In this document: positions 51,163-63,309 of the stretch, in pieces
Layout: every line of letters begins with the position of its first letter
Position numbering within the stretch: the stretch's first letter is position 1
Origin: Octopus sinensis
Taxonomy: Eukaryota
Length of the DNA stretch: 64,000 nucleotides
Direction: 5' to 3'
Assembly: GCF_006345805.1 (NCBI RefSeq)
Contig: NC_043009.1
Span: 22,258,001-22,322,000 of the forward strand
Notes under the pieces: model-generated
Database searches by the model: none
Seen by the model: the letters and a program-made list of their open reading frames with translations, nothing else
Told to the model about the DNA's origin: nothing
Program-made: the position numbers and the translations under genes

Positions 51163-53503
51163 GTGGGTGATTTTATGTGCCACCGACACAGGTGCCAGAC
51201 GAGGCTGGCGAACGGCCACGCTCGGATGGTGTTTTTATGTGCCACCGACACAGGTGCCAGACGAGGCTGGCAGACGGCCACGCTCGGATGGTGTTTTTAT
51301 GTGCCACCGACACAGGTGCCAGATGAGGCTGGCGGACGGCCACGATCGGATGGTGTTTGTTACGTCCCCAAAGCACGGAGGCCAGTCTATGCGGTACTGG
51401 CTACGGCCACGTTCGGATGATTTTCTTGTGTGCCACCGGCACTGGTACCACAAAGATACAAATTCCATTGATGTTCATCTATTTTGATTTGTTTTGATTT
51501 GATTTGATTTTCACTTGCCTCAACAGGTCTTCACAAGTGTCACAAGAAGGAAGGTATGCACAGGTGGACTGACTACGTCCCAGGTAGGGGCCACGGGTTA
51601 TGGCCTGACTAGTCTTGCCGGGTCTTCGGATGGTGTTTTTATGTGCCACCGACACAGGTGCCAGATGAGGCTGGCGAACGGCCACGATCGGATGGTGTTT
51701 GTTACGTGCCCACAGCACGGAGGCCAGTCGATGCGGTACTGGCTACGGCCACGTTCGGATGGTTTTCTTGTGTGCCACCAGCACTGGTACCACAAAGATA
51801 CAAATTCCATTGATGTTCATCCATTTTGATTTGATTTGATTTGATTTTCACTTGCCTCAACAGGTCTTCACAGGTCTTCACAAGTGTCACAGGAAGGAAG
51901 GAAGGTATGCACAGGGGACTGACTACGTCCCAAGTAGGGGCCACGGGTTATGGCCTGACTAGTCTTGCCGGGTCTTCGGTTGGTGTTTTTATGTGCCACC
52001 GACACAGGTGCCAGATGAGGCTGGCGAACGGCCACGATCGGATGGTGTTTGTTATGTGCCCACGTCACAGACGCCAGTCGATGCGGTACTGGCTACGGCC
52101 ACGTTCGGATGGTTTTCTTGTGTGCCAACGGTACTGGTACCACAAAGATACAAATTCCATTGATGTTCATCTATTTTGATTTGGTTTGATTTGATTTTCA
52201 CTTGCCTCAACAGGTCTACACAATTGTCACACACTTGCCTCAACAGGTCTTCACAAGTGTCATAAGTAGGTGTCACACACTTGCCTCAACAGGTCTTCAC
52301 AAGTGTCATAAGTAGGAAGGTATGCATAGGTGGACTGACTACGTCGCCGGGTCTTCGGATGGTGTTTTTATGTGCCACCGACACAGGTGCCAGATGAGGC
52401 TGGCGAACGGCCACGATCAGATGGTGTTTGTTGTGCCCACAGCACGGAGGCCAGTCGATGCGGTACTGGCTACGGCCACGTTCGGATGGTTTTCTTGTGT
52501 GCCACCGGTACTGGAACCACAAAGATACAAATTCCATTGATGTTCATCTATTTTGATTTGGATTGATTTGATTTTCACTTGCCTCAACAGGTCTTCACAA
52601 GTGTCACACACTTGCCTCAACAGGTCTCCACAAGTGTCACACACTTGCCTCTGCCTCAACAGGTCTTCACAAGTGTCACACACTTGCCTCAACATGTCTT
52701 CACAAGTGTCATAAGAGGGAAGGTATGCACAGGTGGACGACTACGTCGCCGGGTCTTCGGATGGTGTCTTTATGTGCCACCGACACAGGTGCCAGATGAG
52801 GCTGGCGAACGGCCACGATCGGATGGTGTGTGTTGTGCCCACAGCACGGAGGCCAGTCGATGCGGTACTGGCTACGGACACGTTCGGATGGTTTTCTTGT
52901 GTGCCACCGGTACTGGAACCACAAAGATACAAATTCCATTGATGTTCATCTATTTTGATTTGGTTTGATTTTGATTTTGATTTTCACTTGCCTCAACAGG
53001 TCTTCACAAGTGTCACACACTTGCCTCAACAGGTCTCCACAAGTGTCACACACTTGCCTCTGCCTCAACAGGTCTTCACAAGTGTCACACACTTGCCTCA
53101 ACAGGTCTTCACAAGTGTCATAAGAGGGAAGGTATGCACAGGTGGACTGACTACGTCGCCGGGTCTTCGGATGGTGTCTTTATGTGCCACCGACACAGGT
53201 GCCAGATGAGGCTGGCGAACGGCCACGATCGGATGGTGTTTGTTGTGCCCACAGCACGGAGGCCAGTCGATGCGGTACTGGCTACGGCCACGTTTGGGTG
53301 GTTTTCTTGTGTGCCACCGGCACTGGTACCACAAAGAGTACAATTCCACTGATGTTCATCTATTTTGATTTGTTTTGATTTTGATTTTCACTTGCCTCAA
53401 CAGGTCTTCATAAGTGTCACAAGAAGGAAGGTATGCACAGGAGGACTGACTATGTCCCAGGTAGGGGCCACGGGTTATGGCCTGACTAGTCTTGCCGGGT
53501 CTT
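51163..53503. repeat. Hierarchical tandem array derived from the RTE 3'UTR (62-bp, 33-bp and ~336-410-bp periods)
   Basis: Long units start at 51285, 51627, 51977, 52356, 52758 and 53168. 62-bp units lie at ~51163, 51223 and 51285. The inner unit is CACACTTGCCTCAACAGGTCTTCACAAGTGTCA. Confidence 0.9.
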
Positions 53504-54724
53504 CTCACGCACAGCATACTTCCATAGGTCTCGGTCTCTAGACATTTCCTTAGTGAGACCTAAAGTTCGAAGGTCGTGCTTCACCACCTCATCCCAGGTT
53601 TTCCTGGGTCTACCTCTTCCACAGGTTCCCTCAACTGCTAGGGTGTAGCACTTTTGCACACAACTATCTTCAGCCATTCTCATCACATGACCATACCAGC
53701 GCAAACGTCTCTCTTGCACACCACAACTGACGCTTCTTAGGTTCAACTTTTCTCTCAAGGAACTTACACTCTGACGATTATGAACACTGACATTACACAT
53801 CCATCGGAGCATACTGGCTTCATTTCTTGCGAGCTTACGCATATCCTCAGCAGTCACGGCCCATGTTTCACTACCATGTAGCATGGCTGTACGTACACAT
53901 GCATCATACAGTCTGCCTTTTACTCTGAGCGAGAGGCCTTTTGTCACCAGCAGGGGTAAGAGCTCTCTAAACTTTGCCCAGGCTATTCTTACTCTAGCAG
54001 TTACACTTTCAGCACACCCGCCCCCGCTACTGACTTGGTCTCCTAGGTAGCGGAAGCTATCAACTACTTCTAGTTTGTCTCCCTGGAACGTGGCAGAAGT
54101 TGGTCTCTGCACATTTCCAGTGTTTATTGCTCCTGAGCATTTGCCACAGACAAAAACTATTTTCCTAGTTAGCCTTCCTTTGACATTGCTGCACCTCTTA
54201 TGTGTCCATAGCTTACACTTGGTGCATCTTATAGAGTTTCTACCTACACCTTTTTTACAGATCGAGCAGGGCCATCTACCTGAAGGCGTATGTGATTGAT
54301 CAACCTTCCTACTTATCAGGACTTTGGTTTTGGCTAGGTTGATTCTAAGGCCCTTCGATTCTAATCCTTGTTTCCACACCTGGAACTTCTCCTCCAGTTC
54401 TGATAGTGACTCAGCAATTAGAGCAAGGTCATCAGCATAGAGGAGCTCCCAGGGGCAACCTGTCTTGAATTCCTCCGTTATTGCCTGGAGGACTATGATA
54501 AATAGGAGGGGACTGAGGACTGAACCTTGGTGGACCCCAACCTCTACCCGGAATTCTTCACTGTACTCGTTGCCAACCCTCACCTTACTAGCAGCGTCTC
54601 TGTACATGGCTTGCACAGCTCTCACCAACCATTCTTCTATCCCTAGTTTCCTCATTGACCACCAGATAAGGGATCGGGGGACCCTGTCAAAGGCTTTCTC
54701 CAAGTCAACAAAAGCCAGGTACAA
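53486..54724 (-). CDS. RTE reverse transcriptase, open 412-aa C-terminal part (5'-truncated)
   Basis: FVDLEKAFDRVP, GVHQGSVLSPLLF, LLYADD, FRYLG, LRWYGHV, GRGRPRKTW. Confidence 0.85.
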   Translation of the reverse strand: MYLAFVDLEKAFDRVPRSLIWWSMRKLGIEEWLVRAVQAMYRDAASKVRVGNEYSEEFRVEVGVHQGSVLSPLLFIIVLQAITEEFKTGCPWELLYADDLALIAESLSELEEKFQVWKQGLESKGLRINLAKTKVLISRKVDQSHTPSGRWPCSICKKGVGRNSIRCTKCKLWTHKRCSNVKGRLTRKIVFVCGKCSGAINTGNVQRPTSATFQGDKLEVVDSFRYLGDQVSSGGGCAESVTARVRIAWAKFRELLPLLVTKGLSLRVKGRLYDACVRTAMLHGSETWAVTAEDMRKLARNEASMLRWMCNVSVHNRQSVSSLREKLNLRSVSCGVQERRLRWYGHVMRMAEDSCVQKCYTLAVEGTCGRGRPRKTWDEVVKHDLRTLGLTKEMSRDRDLWKYAVREKTRQD

Positions 54725-55570
54725 GGGCTTATCTTTGGCTAGTATAGACTTTTATGCTACAAACCTGGTTTTTAGCCCTGCTGAAACTAATCAGCATCAT
54801 TGCACAATGCCCTTGATGGATTCCTTCACAAAGAACTCTACACCATTTGAACAACTGTTCGCCACTTTGTTAAAATGCATGTCTTTTTTTTCAGTCTGTT
54901 TTCCTCCTATGTTCTTTCATTTATTTTTACAGAGCTGGAGGCACTGCTTCACCATCTCATATGCAGGTCATTTTATTTTCAATTAGTTTCAGTGTTCTTA
55001 CATTTCATATGGCAATTGTGATATTCTTTCTGTTAAAAATATTTCCTGTCAGGCCACTAGTAGTACACAAGCAAAACCACCCTGCTGGAAGATGAACAAC
55101 ACTATCATTGGCAACCAAGGCCACAAGCGATTCGATATAGAGTTGTTACTTGGACTGTTTGTCATAGAGCATCTTGGCTAGATCTTGGGAAGATCTCCTG
55201 GTCTAAGAACTGCTAAATATCTTTCAACTATATGCCTTGTCCTGACAAGAAATTTTTGAGTGGATATGGTAGACAGAAACTGAAAAAAGCTTGTTGGATG
55301 GATGGACGAACAGACAGAGAGATTAGGTATAAAAGGGTTAACATTCCCTTCAGTCATGAATGGCCATGGGATTGCACTTAGATAGTTCCTCTCAAAGGTA
55401 GAAGTCTGGACAAGGTTGTTCATGGACGACCAACAATTACCCATGCATACCAGCCTCCCGTTCCACCGATGCTTATCTAAGGGAAAGACAAAGGTCGATA
55501 CAGCTTGGCACCAGTGATGTTGCAAATCATTTCTACAGATGAGTGAACAGGAACATCGTGAAATAAAGTG

Positions 55571-56150
55571 TGTAACGGGAATAGGTTGCTTCTTGCACTT
55601 TTAGGGTGCAACTGGTCCATTCACAATTTCCGTTGCTTAAATTTCCAGATTCTACCAGTCAAAGAACACAAACGCGACAGTAAAAATATATACTCTTTAT
55701 TGTTCTTATAACAGTAAGAAATAAGGTGGTATATTTGATTCCACTTGGTATGGATTGGCAAGGCTGAAACTTTAACGCTTGTAAGAATCTTACAAGTACA
55801 ACAGCAAACTGAGCTGGTCGAATATAGCGTCCTTAGGGAGCGAAGAAAATATAGTCTGCAACAATGTCTGGTGGAAAGCCTTCTATCCGACTGCTACGTG
55901 AATTAGTTGATCACACGTATGAAAATACGTGCTTTCCCTTCGGTCGCTGTGCCTCAAGTCGCTCTGCTCACTGCTGCTATGCGTCTCCCTGTACCCTTTT
56001 TAGGGGAACGCCACATCATCATTCCCTTCTTCCGGTCTTCGCGCATTCGCGAGAGGGCCCTTCCCTTCTGCCTCTACAGAAGGCTCCAAACTCCACACAC
56101 GCGAACTGAAGTGGCGTTAGCGCGCGCGCTGTTGGAATAGCGTCACTACA
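55571..56150 (-). mobile_element. Solo LTR (580 bp) in the ZNF-5 intron
   Basis: TG...CA ends with 4-bp TSD AGTG (55567-55570 and 56151-56154). Empty site AATAAAGTGTCTTGC in the ZNF-4 intron (~38245-38259). AATAAA on the minus strand near 55700. Confidence 0.85.
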
Positions 56151-56873
56151 AGTGTCTTGCTCAAGAACATGTGTGTGTGTATTTGCGACTATGTTTGTCC
56201 CACATTACTGGTTGACAACTGGTGTTGATGCGTTTACGTTCCTGCCATCTAGCAGTTCAGCAAAAGAGATTGATAGCAGGCTTTAAAAGAGAAAATAACT
56301 AGCAAGGTCGATTTGACTGTAATTCCTTAAGGTAGTGTCTGAGTATTACTGCACTCTGAATAACTCTATCAAGGAAAAGATGATGCTGTGAAAATTTGTC
56401 TGAGAACTTCTCTTGCCTTGGCTACTGATTACATTGTAGAAATCATTGCTCTATTGGTGCAATGTTAGCCCAACATGATTTCGCCTGTCAGCTGAAGGTG
56501 TTTGGCGTGTTTGAAACCATACTGAAAGATTTAGAATATGGACAAGAACCAGAGATACTTGTGAATTATGCCAGTCAAAGGCCAATGTGTAAGCCATCAG
56601 CTGTACATACTTACTCCTGAGCTCCCTATATCTTGCTATGCTTCTATACAGTCCTATATACATACACATGTATCTACATACTCATATTACTTTTACATAA
56701 AGACTGATAAATAAATGCAGACTTTTCGTACGTATTTATATACATATTTGCACACACATATATGTTGCTGTTTACTTTATTCGCTTAATTATTGTTTAAA
56801 CGTTTTATCACTGATTTCAAACTCTGTGCTAAGGAATTGTAGTTTAAAGGCACGAAAATAGAGCTGCTCTTAC

Positions 56874-57060
56874 CTCGAATTTAAATTGGGTACCATGGTC
56901 AGATCAATTAGTTGTTATCATGTGTTGAGTCGCCTGATCTCCACAACTCGAATCCCTTCTCACTACTTCTAGAAGAACGACGTAAAAAGACGGCGACTTG
57001 ACGTCATCTGCGCCGTCTCTCCTTTCGCGTTCCGTTGAATTACACTTCCACTGCAAGATT
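56874..57060 (-). promoter_or_regulatory. Putative promoter and exon 1 of ZNF-5
   Basis: Perfect CRE TGACGTCA at 56999-57006. Donor GAG|GTAAGA at 56873. Confidence 0.65.
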
Positions 57061-57399
57061 TGAATATCGATTTCTGATTAACAGGATCAAAAGCTGAAGC
57101 TTGTCGTGTTTAGATGACAGAAAGAAAATTGCGCTGACGTTAGAACGAAATATCTTTTCTCTTTCATTCGATAGTTAGATATAGTTAATGATTGTTTTCA
57201 ATTTAGGTACAAACACAGCAATTTTAGTGGGTGAAGTCGGACGTAGTTTATTTTATCATTTTGGGGATGGATGAAAGGCGAAGATGACAGCGGAGAGATG
57301 AAAAACCACAGGATTTAAATTCCGGACGTAAGAAGCAGTCTGCAAGACTTTCCCCTCGATTCTCTAACGATTGTGTTATTCCATGGCTCTTAATACTGG

Positions 57400-57890
57400 G
57401 AACAATGAAAACTGAAATAAAGAATTAAAAGAAAAAAAGAAGCAGTGAAATTATAAACTCAACATCGTTCTTTCGCGAGATATCTTTTCTTCTTCAGTTT
57501 CCTTCTTTTATTTCTGCTATTCTCAACAAAACAAATTGATGTATGTAAAAGTGACACGTATACAATACAGATGTACATATTAATAATACTTACATATCCA
57601 ATATACTACCGACGAGGAAGATAGCACAATATAATTGATAGAGACAGGAGTTAATTTAGAATGCTTTTTTCTAGCGGTCGTCGAGACTTCTTTTACAGTA
57701 AACGTTGACGTTAAGTTAATTAGCAATTATTTACAGTTAATATGATCTCCTAAGTGTTAGTTGCAAACTAGTTCTGAGGAAATAAATGTAAATGTTTAAT
57801 TAAATCATAGCAAGTTTAGCGAGCACAAGTAATTATGAAGAACTACCAAGTAACTGTTAATGGAGAAGTAACTCTATTTTTAATACCTAA
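57400..57890 (-). repeat. Upstream module, copy 4
   Basis: Reverse homologue of 2445-3155. Confidence 0.8.
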
Positions 57891-58458
57891 TTAGCCAACT
57901 GGAATAAAAGGTACAAATGTACGTCGTCTTTGTATCTCTCCTGTAACAACATGGCAATTTTGACTGGTGAGCGCAATAAAAACCTCTATTTGTTCTGGGA
58001 AGTTTGAGAGGTAGCACTTTCCCTGTGGCCTTTTCCCTGGCTGCAGTTTCGAGCGATATGCTCAGTCTGCCCGTACCTGTAGCAAATGGGTTCAGGCTTT
58101 GTCTCCACACAGTTTCCAGCCATGTGCAATCTTGGCACTTGAAACACCAGGTAATAAACAGTCTCTGCCACTCCCTGGCAGTTTTCGAGATGAAATGTAA
58201 TGGTGAATTTTAAATTAATTTCAAAAAAGATTGTCTGAATTTTGGCAATCAGACACTGTAAAGTCACTATATTCGAAATTATGGTCACAAATGTTGATAG
58301 TCCCTTCTGTGTTTCCTGACATCATACGTTGTCGAAACCGGATTTAATACTGTCAATCACACATGGAAGGAAAGAAAAATTTTTTTAACAGTTTTTGGTG
58401 GGCAATTATGAATTAGCTTACGTCAAAAATAGCTTTTAGGGGACAATGGCTGGGAAAA

Positions 58459-58473
58459 GGTTGAGAACCACTG
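58459..58473 (-). mobile_element. hAT-type terminal repeat ending an insert at ~58180-58473
   Basis: GGTTGAGAACCACTG is the reverse complement of CAGTGGTTCTCAACC. The insert is absent from the paralogous 41150 region. The other end was not found. Confidence 0.4.
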
Positions 58474-58489
58474 ACTTAGATAATGTAAA

Positions 58490-60230
58490 TGTCCTTGGAT
58501 AATTTACTGGGATAGTGTGCCTGCCGACCACTACAGGTCGTTGTCACATGTTGGAGAAGGTGGGGGAGATATGTGTGATTGTGATGAATGCGATGGTGCA
58601 GCAATTAGTTCATGTTGTGCAGTATATGTGGTTGGAGCATGTGGCTCTGCTGTAAGAGCACCTGTAAAAGCCCGTTTTACCCAGTCGATTGATACAGTTA
58701 CTTTTCTCCCATGAATGGCTATGGTGAAAAGTTTGTTAGTGTTGGAAAGGATGCAGTAAGGTCTTGTGTATGGTGGTGTAAGAGGACTTCTCACAGAGTC
58801 ATTGCAAAGAAATACATGGGTCAATGAAGGAATGTCCTTCAAGATCAATGATGTCTATTGCCGAGAGGTCATTGGCAGAAGATTAGAGAAATACGACCGA
58901 AGTCTGTTAATGTAAAGAGCAGGATCTTGGGAGGATAAATCCTCTGGGGCCAGCATCTGACCTAGCAAGGATAATGGTACTCCATTAAGCAGCTTCACTG
59001 GAGAGGATCGAATATCTTCCTTGAACGGCTGAATAGCAGCCCAGAAGAACAATGGGTTGATACTCACTCCATTGATGTTGGTCAGGATACGTACGCAGTG
59101 CAGCCTTCAATTTTAAGGTGGAAATGTGCCACCATATCATTTGAAGCCATGCACCTAGAATTTTCAAAAGCTCCTGGAAAAGTGAGGATCTGAACTGCCT
59201 ACCATGGTCAGTGGTGAGCGTGGTAGGAATGCTGTAGCATGATATCCAACCCGATACCAGGGCTCTCGCTACTGATTCTGGTGTAATATCACATAAAGGG
59301 ATGGCTTCAGGCCAATTTGTAAAGTGGTCGATGCAAGTCAGGAGATACGTAAAGCCTGCTGGGCACAGTCCAACTAGATCAATATGGATAAGGTGTTTAT
59401 GCACCTTTGATTTCTGGCAGAAAAGGCAAGAACACGACCAAGCAGTGATATCCCATCTCATATTTGGCCAGAAGAATCCAACTGAAATGAGTTTAACTGT
59501 GGCTGAAGTTCTGAGATGTGAGAGACTATGCAGAGTGTGGTAAACAGTTCTATGTTGAGTCTCTGGAACAAGAGGATGAGGTGTAACCATTGAGATGTCA
59601 CATAATGCATCAGAAATAGGCACAGGCAAGCACTTGAATTTACATGTCACAAATTCAGGGGAAGCAAGATTGATCAACTCTAGGGGAGGCTGATATGCAA
59701 AAAGAAAATGAAGACCGATATCTAAAGGTGATGACAAAAATATACACAAAGGCTAGAGAGAGCACCTGCCACTGCATTCTGTGCACCAGAGATATGGAGA
59801 ATATCATTTGTAAACAGGGAAAAAAAATCTAGGTGATGAGTTTCCCAAGGAAAGTATTTGTGAACTCACTATGCAAGTCCAGATCCAGAGAGCAAGGGAT
59901 TTGGCCATAAGTAGGGACAGCAGAATGATTGTCAGCTTGCTGAGAAATTGGGGAAAGTGGGGGTTTAGCCTTCAGAAGTTTCAAGGGCCAAATACGACAA
60001 ACTGCACTCATGTCAATCAAGCAGAGAAGACAAATCGGTGACAAAGAATGCATGATTATGAGTGTGCACTGGCTAGGGTGGTCACATGCTCAATTACCTG
60101 ATTAGAAAAGGAACAAGGCTTTTTACACTGGTGTGTGGAAGCACCGACGTGTCTGTGATATCAACAAATGTCAATAAATACAGAGGAGATGGAAGACATG
60201 ATTCCGTGACCGACGTAGAGGAGAATTGAG
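58490..60230 (-). mobile_element. Gypsy family A remnant (integrase, RNase H, protease, short gag), RT deleted
   Basis: ORFs 58531-58848, 58985-59749 and 59829-60053 match 41200-42500 and 43700-44160. The RNase H-to-protease junction is at ~59860. Confidence 0.8.
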
Positions 60231-61148
60231 TTTGTTAGCTGCTGGTATCATTTGCGTGTCTTCATAAGTTTATTTGTCTGACAATTAATAGCCGTATCAT
60301 CACATTTTAAAAATATAACAATCACAGGGGTTGGGAGACAAAACAAATAGCCAGAAACAATCATTCAAAAGCAAGTGTTTGTTTGGCCATACAGGATTTC
60401 TTTGTGAACAGACTTGTGATCACAAGCAGTCTATTTATGACCATCCCATCTATTCTTTAGACACAGTATATTTAGGACTAGATTACCCAATGTGTCCTTC
60501 AGTTCTAAGATGATAGGATGTGATTTGAGTGATATTTTGCTGCTATTTCTAAGAAATTAAGAAGATATGTTTATTCTCTACTTTGGATACTGACTTAAGA
60601 TGAATATTGTTCACAGGTTAAAAGATTCACCCTTTTATTAACTATGGGTAGTAATGATGAGTCTACTTAGTATTATGATAAAGACCTTGGGTAGGTCAGT
60701 CAGTTACTGCTTTAGGTTTGTTACTGACTGACATGATCGTCTACAGGCAGATTACTTGATTTTTTTTTTTTTGCAACTGTTACTGGGCCCTTTTACCTTC
60801 TTTACACAGTGACAAGGATGCTGAGGCTGCAATAATGTGAAATGATTGCTATTGAGATAGGTCAAATGGCTAAGTGGATAACTCAATGTCTTATCACTTT
60901 AAATTCACTTTAGTCCTTTCTATTCTCATTCTATGCAGGACACCATATTCTACTTACCTTCAGGTCTCCTAGCAGTTGAAAATAGGGTGCCATGACTTTA
61001 GTATATACATCTTTAATATACTGGTGTTCTATCCAGGAAAACTGTCTCTCATCAGCTTTATTCTACAGAAGCTGATTGAATTAATTATGACTTTTATTGA
61101 TTTCATTATTGATCCCAAGGTGTGTAGTATGTGATTATCGCAGGGACT

Positions 61149-61672
61149 ATGACAAAGAAAGCTGAGCAGAGGGTCTGCATCAAATTTTACCAAAAACCTG
61201 GTGATACCTGCTCAGAAACCTATCTCCCTTTAGATATAATGGACTGAACTGAACCGTAGCTAATCTGCATATCCTCTGATAACTCACAATTCCTCTCACA
61301 GTTGCGATATTTTTCTCAGTTCTGCTGGTTGCGGGGTCTCCCAGAACGTTTGTCAATATCATTTTTTGCTATCTTGGAAACATCCGAACCACTTGTACAA
61401 TTGCTTGTGGCTCATATACTCCTCCCCATAGACTTTCTGAAACTTTGTGCAGGTATCACCATGACAATTTTCTCTGTCATGGTCAATGTGATGATCACAC
61501 GCTACACACCTTCCTTCGAAGCACTGCTGTAAACAGTGGAAGAGAGCTAGAATGTTAAAACTTAGTGCACATGCACAGCAGAGTTCAAGATCAATCTTTG
61601 CCAAGGGGCATCACTCTGCATGCTTTAGCTATGTTACTATGCCAACAGTCCGGATACGTACCGATCAGACGT
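61149..61672. mobile_element. Mariner transposase 5' fragments in opposite orientations, with one TIR
   Basis: Plus strand: MTKKAEQRVCIKFY...GDTCSETY (61149-61220). Minus strand: GDTCTKFQKVYGEEYMSHKQLYKWF...SGRPATSRTEKNI. TIR-like TACGTCTGATCGGTACGTATCCGGACTG at ~61646-61673 on the minus strand. Confidence 0.7.
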
Positions 61673-61728
61673 ATATGTATATACACATCTATACTCTCAA
61701 CATTTGATATATATAAATATATATATAT

Positions 61729-61828
61729 CATCATCATCATTTAACGTCCGTTTTCCATGCTGGCATGGGTTGGATGGTTTGGCTGGGGACAGTCCAACCC
61801 ATGCCAGGAGGGAAAACAGATGATGATG
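61729..61828. repeat. 100-bp hairpin made of two inverted RTE 3' tails
   Basis: (CAT)4...GTTTTCCATGCTGGCATGGGTTGGA, an 18-nt loop, then TCCAACCCATGCCAGGAGGGAAAAC-A(GAT)n. Confidence 0.7.
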
Positions 61829-62052
61829 AAAAATGAGTTGGGTTATGTAAACCATGTGTTTACCACATGAAACAATTCTGAAGATATTGGCTATCAAGAG
61901 ATTGAAAGGTCAGAAGCTATTTTTCTCTATCACTTGAATTATCTGAAAATCCACAAATATCCATTGAGTTTTTGTAATGACAAATATCAAAAGAATGGAG
62001 TTAAATCATTTTAATACTTCATTTACAATTATTTCGTCATTAATACGAAGAG

Positions 62053-62385
62053 GAAAGGCGAGATGCCGCCTCACTGATCCCCTTAATTACCCGATATATA
62101 CGCCAAGGGTCGGTAGTATATAGCGATTCTTGGGGTGCATATAACTCTCTTGGAAATCTCGGGTATACTCACTTTGTGGATCCGACAAACGCGTCGGTGC
62201 ACACACAGACGATAGAGAGATTGTGGGGGTCAGTGAAGAAATCGGTTGTTCGCCCAGGCATTCGTGCCTGTTACCTAAAACAATACATGGCGAAGTTCCT
62301 TTTTTTGGACAGCATTAAACCTGCTGCCAAGAGAATACACGTATTCTTATTGGCAGCAGCAAGTCTTTATCCTGGCCCGCGATAA
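62053..62385 (+). mobile_element. Merlin/IS1595-family DDE transposase C-terminal fragment
   Basis: In frame: ERRDAASLIPLITRYIRQGSVVYSDSWGAYNSLGNLGYTH-FVDPTNASVHTQTIERLWGSVK. The usual TVNH motif before FVDP is missing. Confidence 0.85.
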
Positions 62386-62649
62386 TTTTTTCCTCCAAAC
62401 GCAACCCATCTCATTTCTTTATCAACACTGTCGATGGACCACTCAAAGAGGTATGTATACATTATCATTTTCGTAACATAATTTCTGTAGTATTTCAAGA
62501 TGTTTCTGACACGTATTTTGATTCACATAGCGGAGATCCAACATTTCTTCACTTTTTCCAGAATTTCTTCTCTTTATTTTTTTTTTTTTGCGAAATATGT
62601 ACAAAAATACGGAGTTTATGATTCATGTGTGAGTGTGTGTTCTTGATAC

Positions 62650-63305
62650 TCGTTTAGAACAAGTAGTTTTACACCAATTACACTATTTTTTCTTAGTTTA
62701 AAGGCCGTGGACTGAAGATGGGAAATTTCCGAAGCCTCTCCCCCACCCCCCTTTCGCGAGCGCGCATTTTTTTCATCATAGTCGTTTAGAGCAAGTTGTT
62801 TTACACCTATTACGCTGTTTTCGTTTTTGTGCCCGGTTCAGACGCTTTCGGAAATTCCCGATATAAATTTTCCGAAGCCTCTCCCCCACCCCTCTTTCGC
62901 GAGTGCGAATTTTTTTTGTCATATTCGTTTAGAGCAAGTTGTTTTACACATATTACACTATTTTTTTTTGTTTTGGTGCCCGGGTCAGCCCCTCAGACGC
63001 TTTCGGAACTTCCCGATGTGAATTTTCCGAGGCATCTCCCCCACCCCCCTTTCGCGTGCGCGAATTTTTTTTTTCATATTCGTTCATAGGAAGTTGTTTT
63101 ACACCTATTACACACATTTTTTTTTTGATTTTCTGATATGCGTAACGCCCTATATTAACCAAAAAAATTGTTATAGGTCTAAAACAACTTCCTCTAAACG
63201 AATGTGAAAAAAAAACACGCGCGCACGCGAAAGGGGAGTGAGGGAGAGGCCTCGGAAAATTCACATCGGGAATTTCCGAAAGCGTCTGACCCGGGCACAA
63301 AACCA
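62650..63305. repeat. Three direct ~140-150-bp repeats followed by one inverted copy (fold-back)
   Basis: Core TTCCGAAGCCTCTCCCCCACCCCCTTTCGCG...GCAAGTTGTTTTACAC at ~62727, 62870 and 63025. Reverse-complement copy at ~63175-63305. Confidence 0.8.
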
Positions 63306-63309
63306 ACAT

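Larger units (their letters stand above)
50994..54742 (-). mobile_element. Young 5'-truncated RTE LINE in the ZNF-5 intron, with an expanded 3'UTR
   Basis: (GAT)9 tail at 50994-51020. Uninterrupted RT/C-terminal ORF. Truncated at LAKDKPL. The flanks rejoin as in the ZNF-4 intron. Confidence 0.92.

Noticed and set aside
52190-53120. 33-bp partially palindromic repeats resembling a CRISPR array
   Set aside because: The repeats are directly tandem with no unique spacers, lie within a eukaryotic LINE 3'UTR, and have no cas genes nearby.
51021-53378. Many 60-130-aa ORFs on both strands
   Set aside because: They are by-products of the GC-richer tandem array, with no recognisable domain, and recur with each unit.
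62053-62385. IS1595-like transposase as bacterial contamination or recent horizontal transfer
   Set aside because: It is embedded in eukaryotic repeats. Merlin is the established eukaryotic branch of this family, and matching-type MITEs are present.
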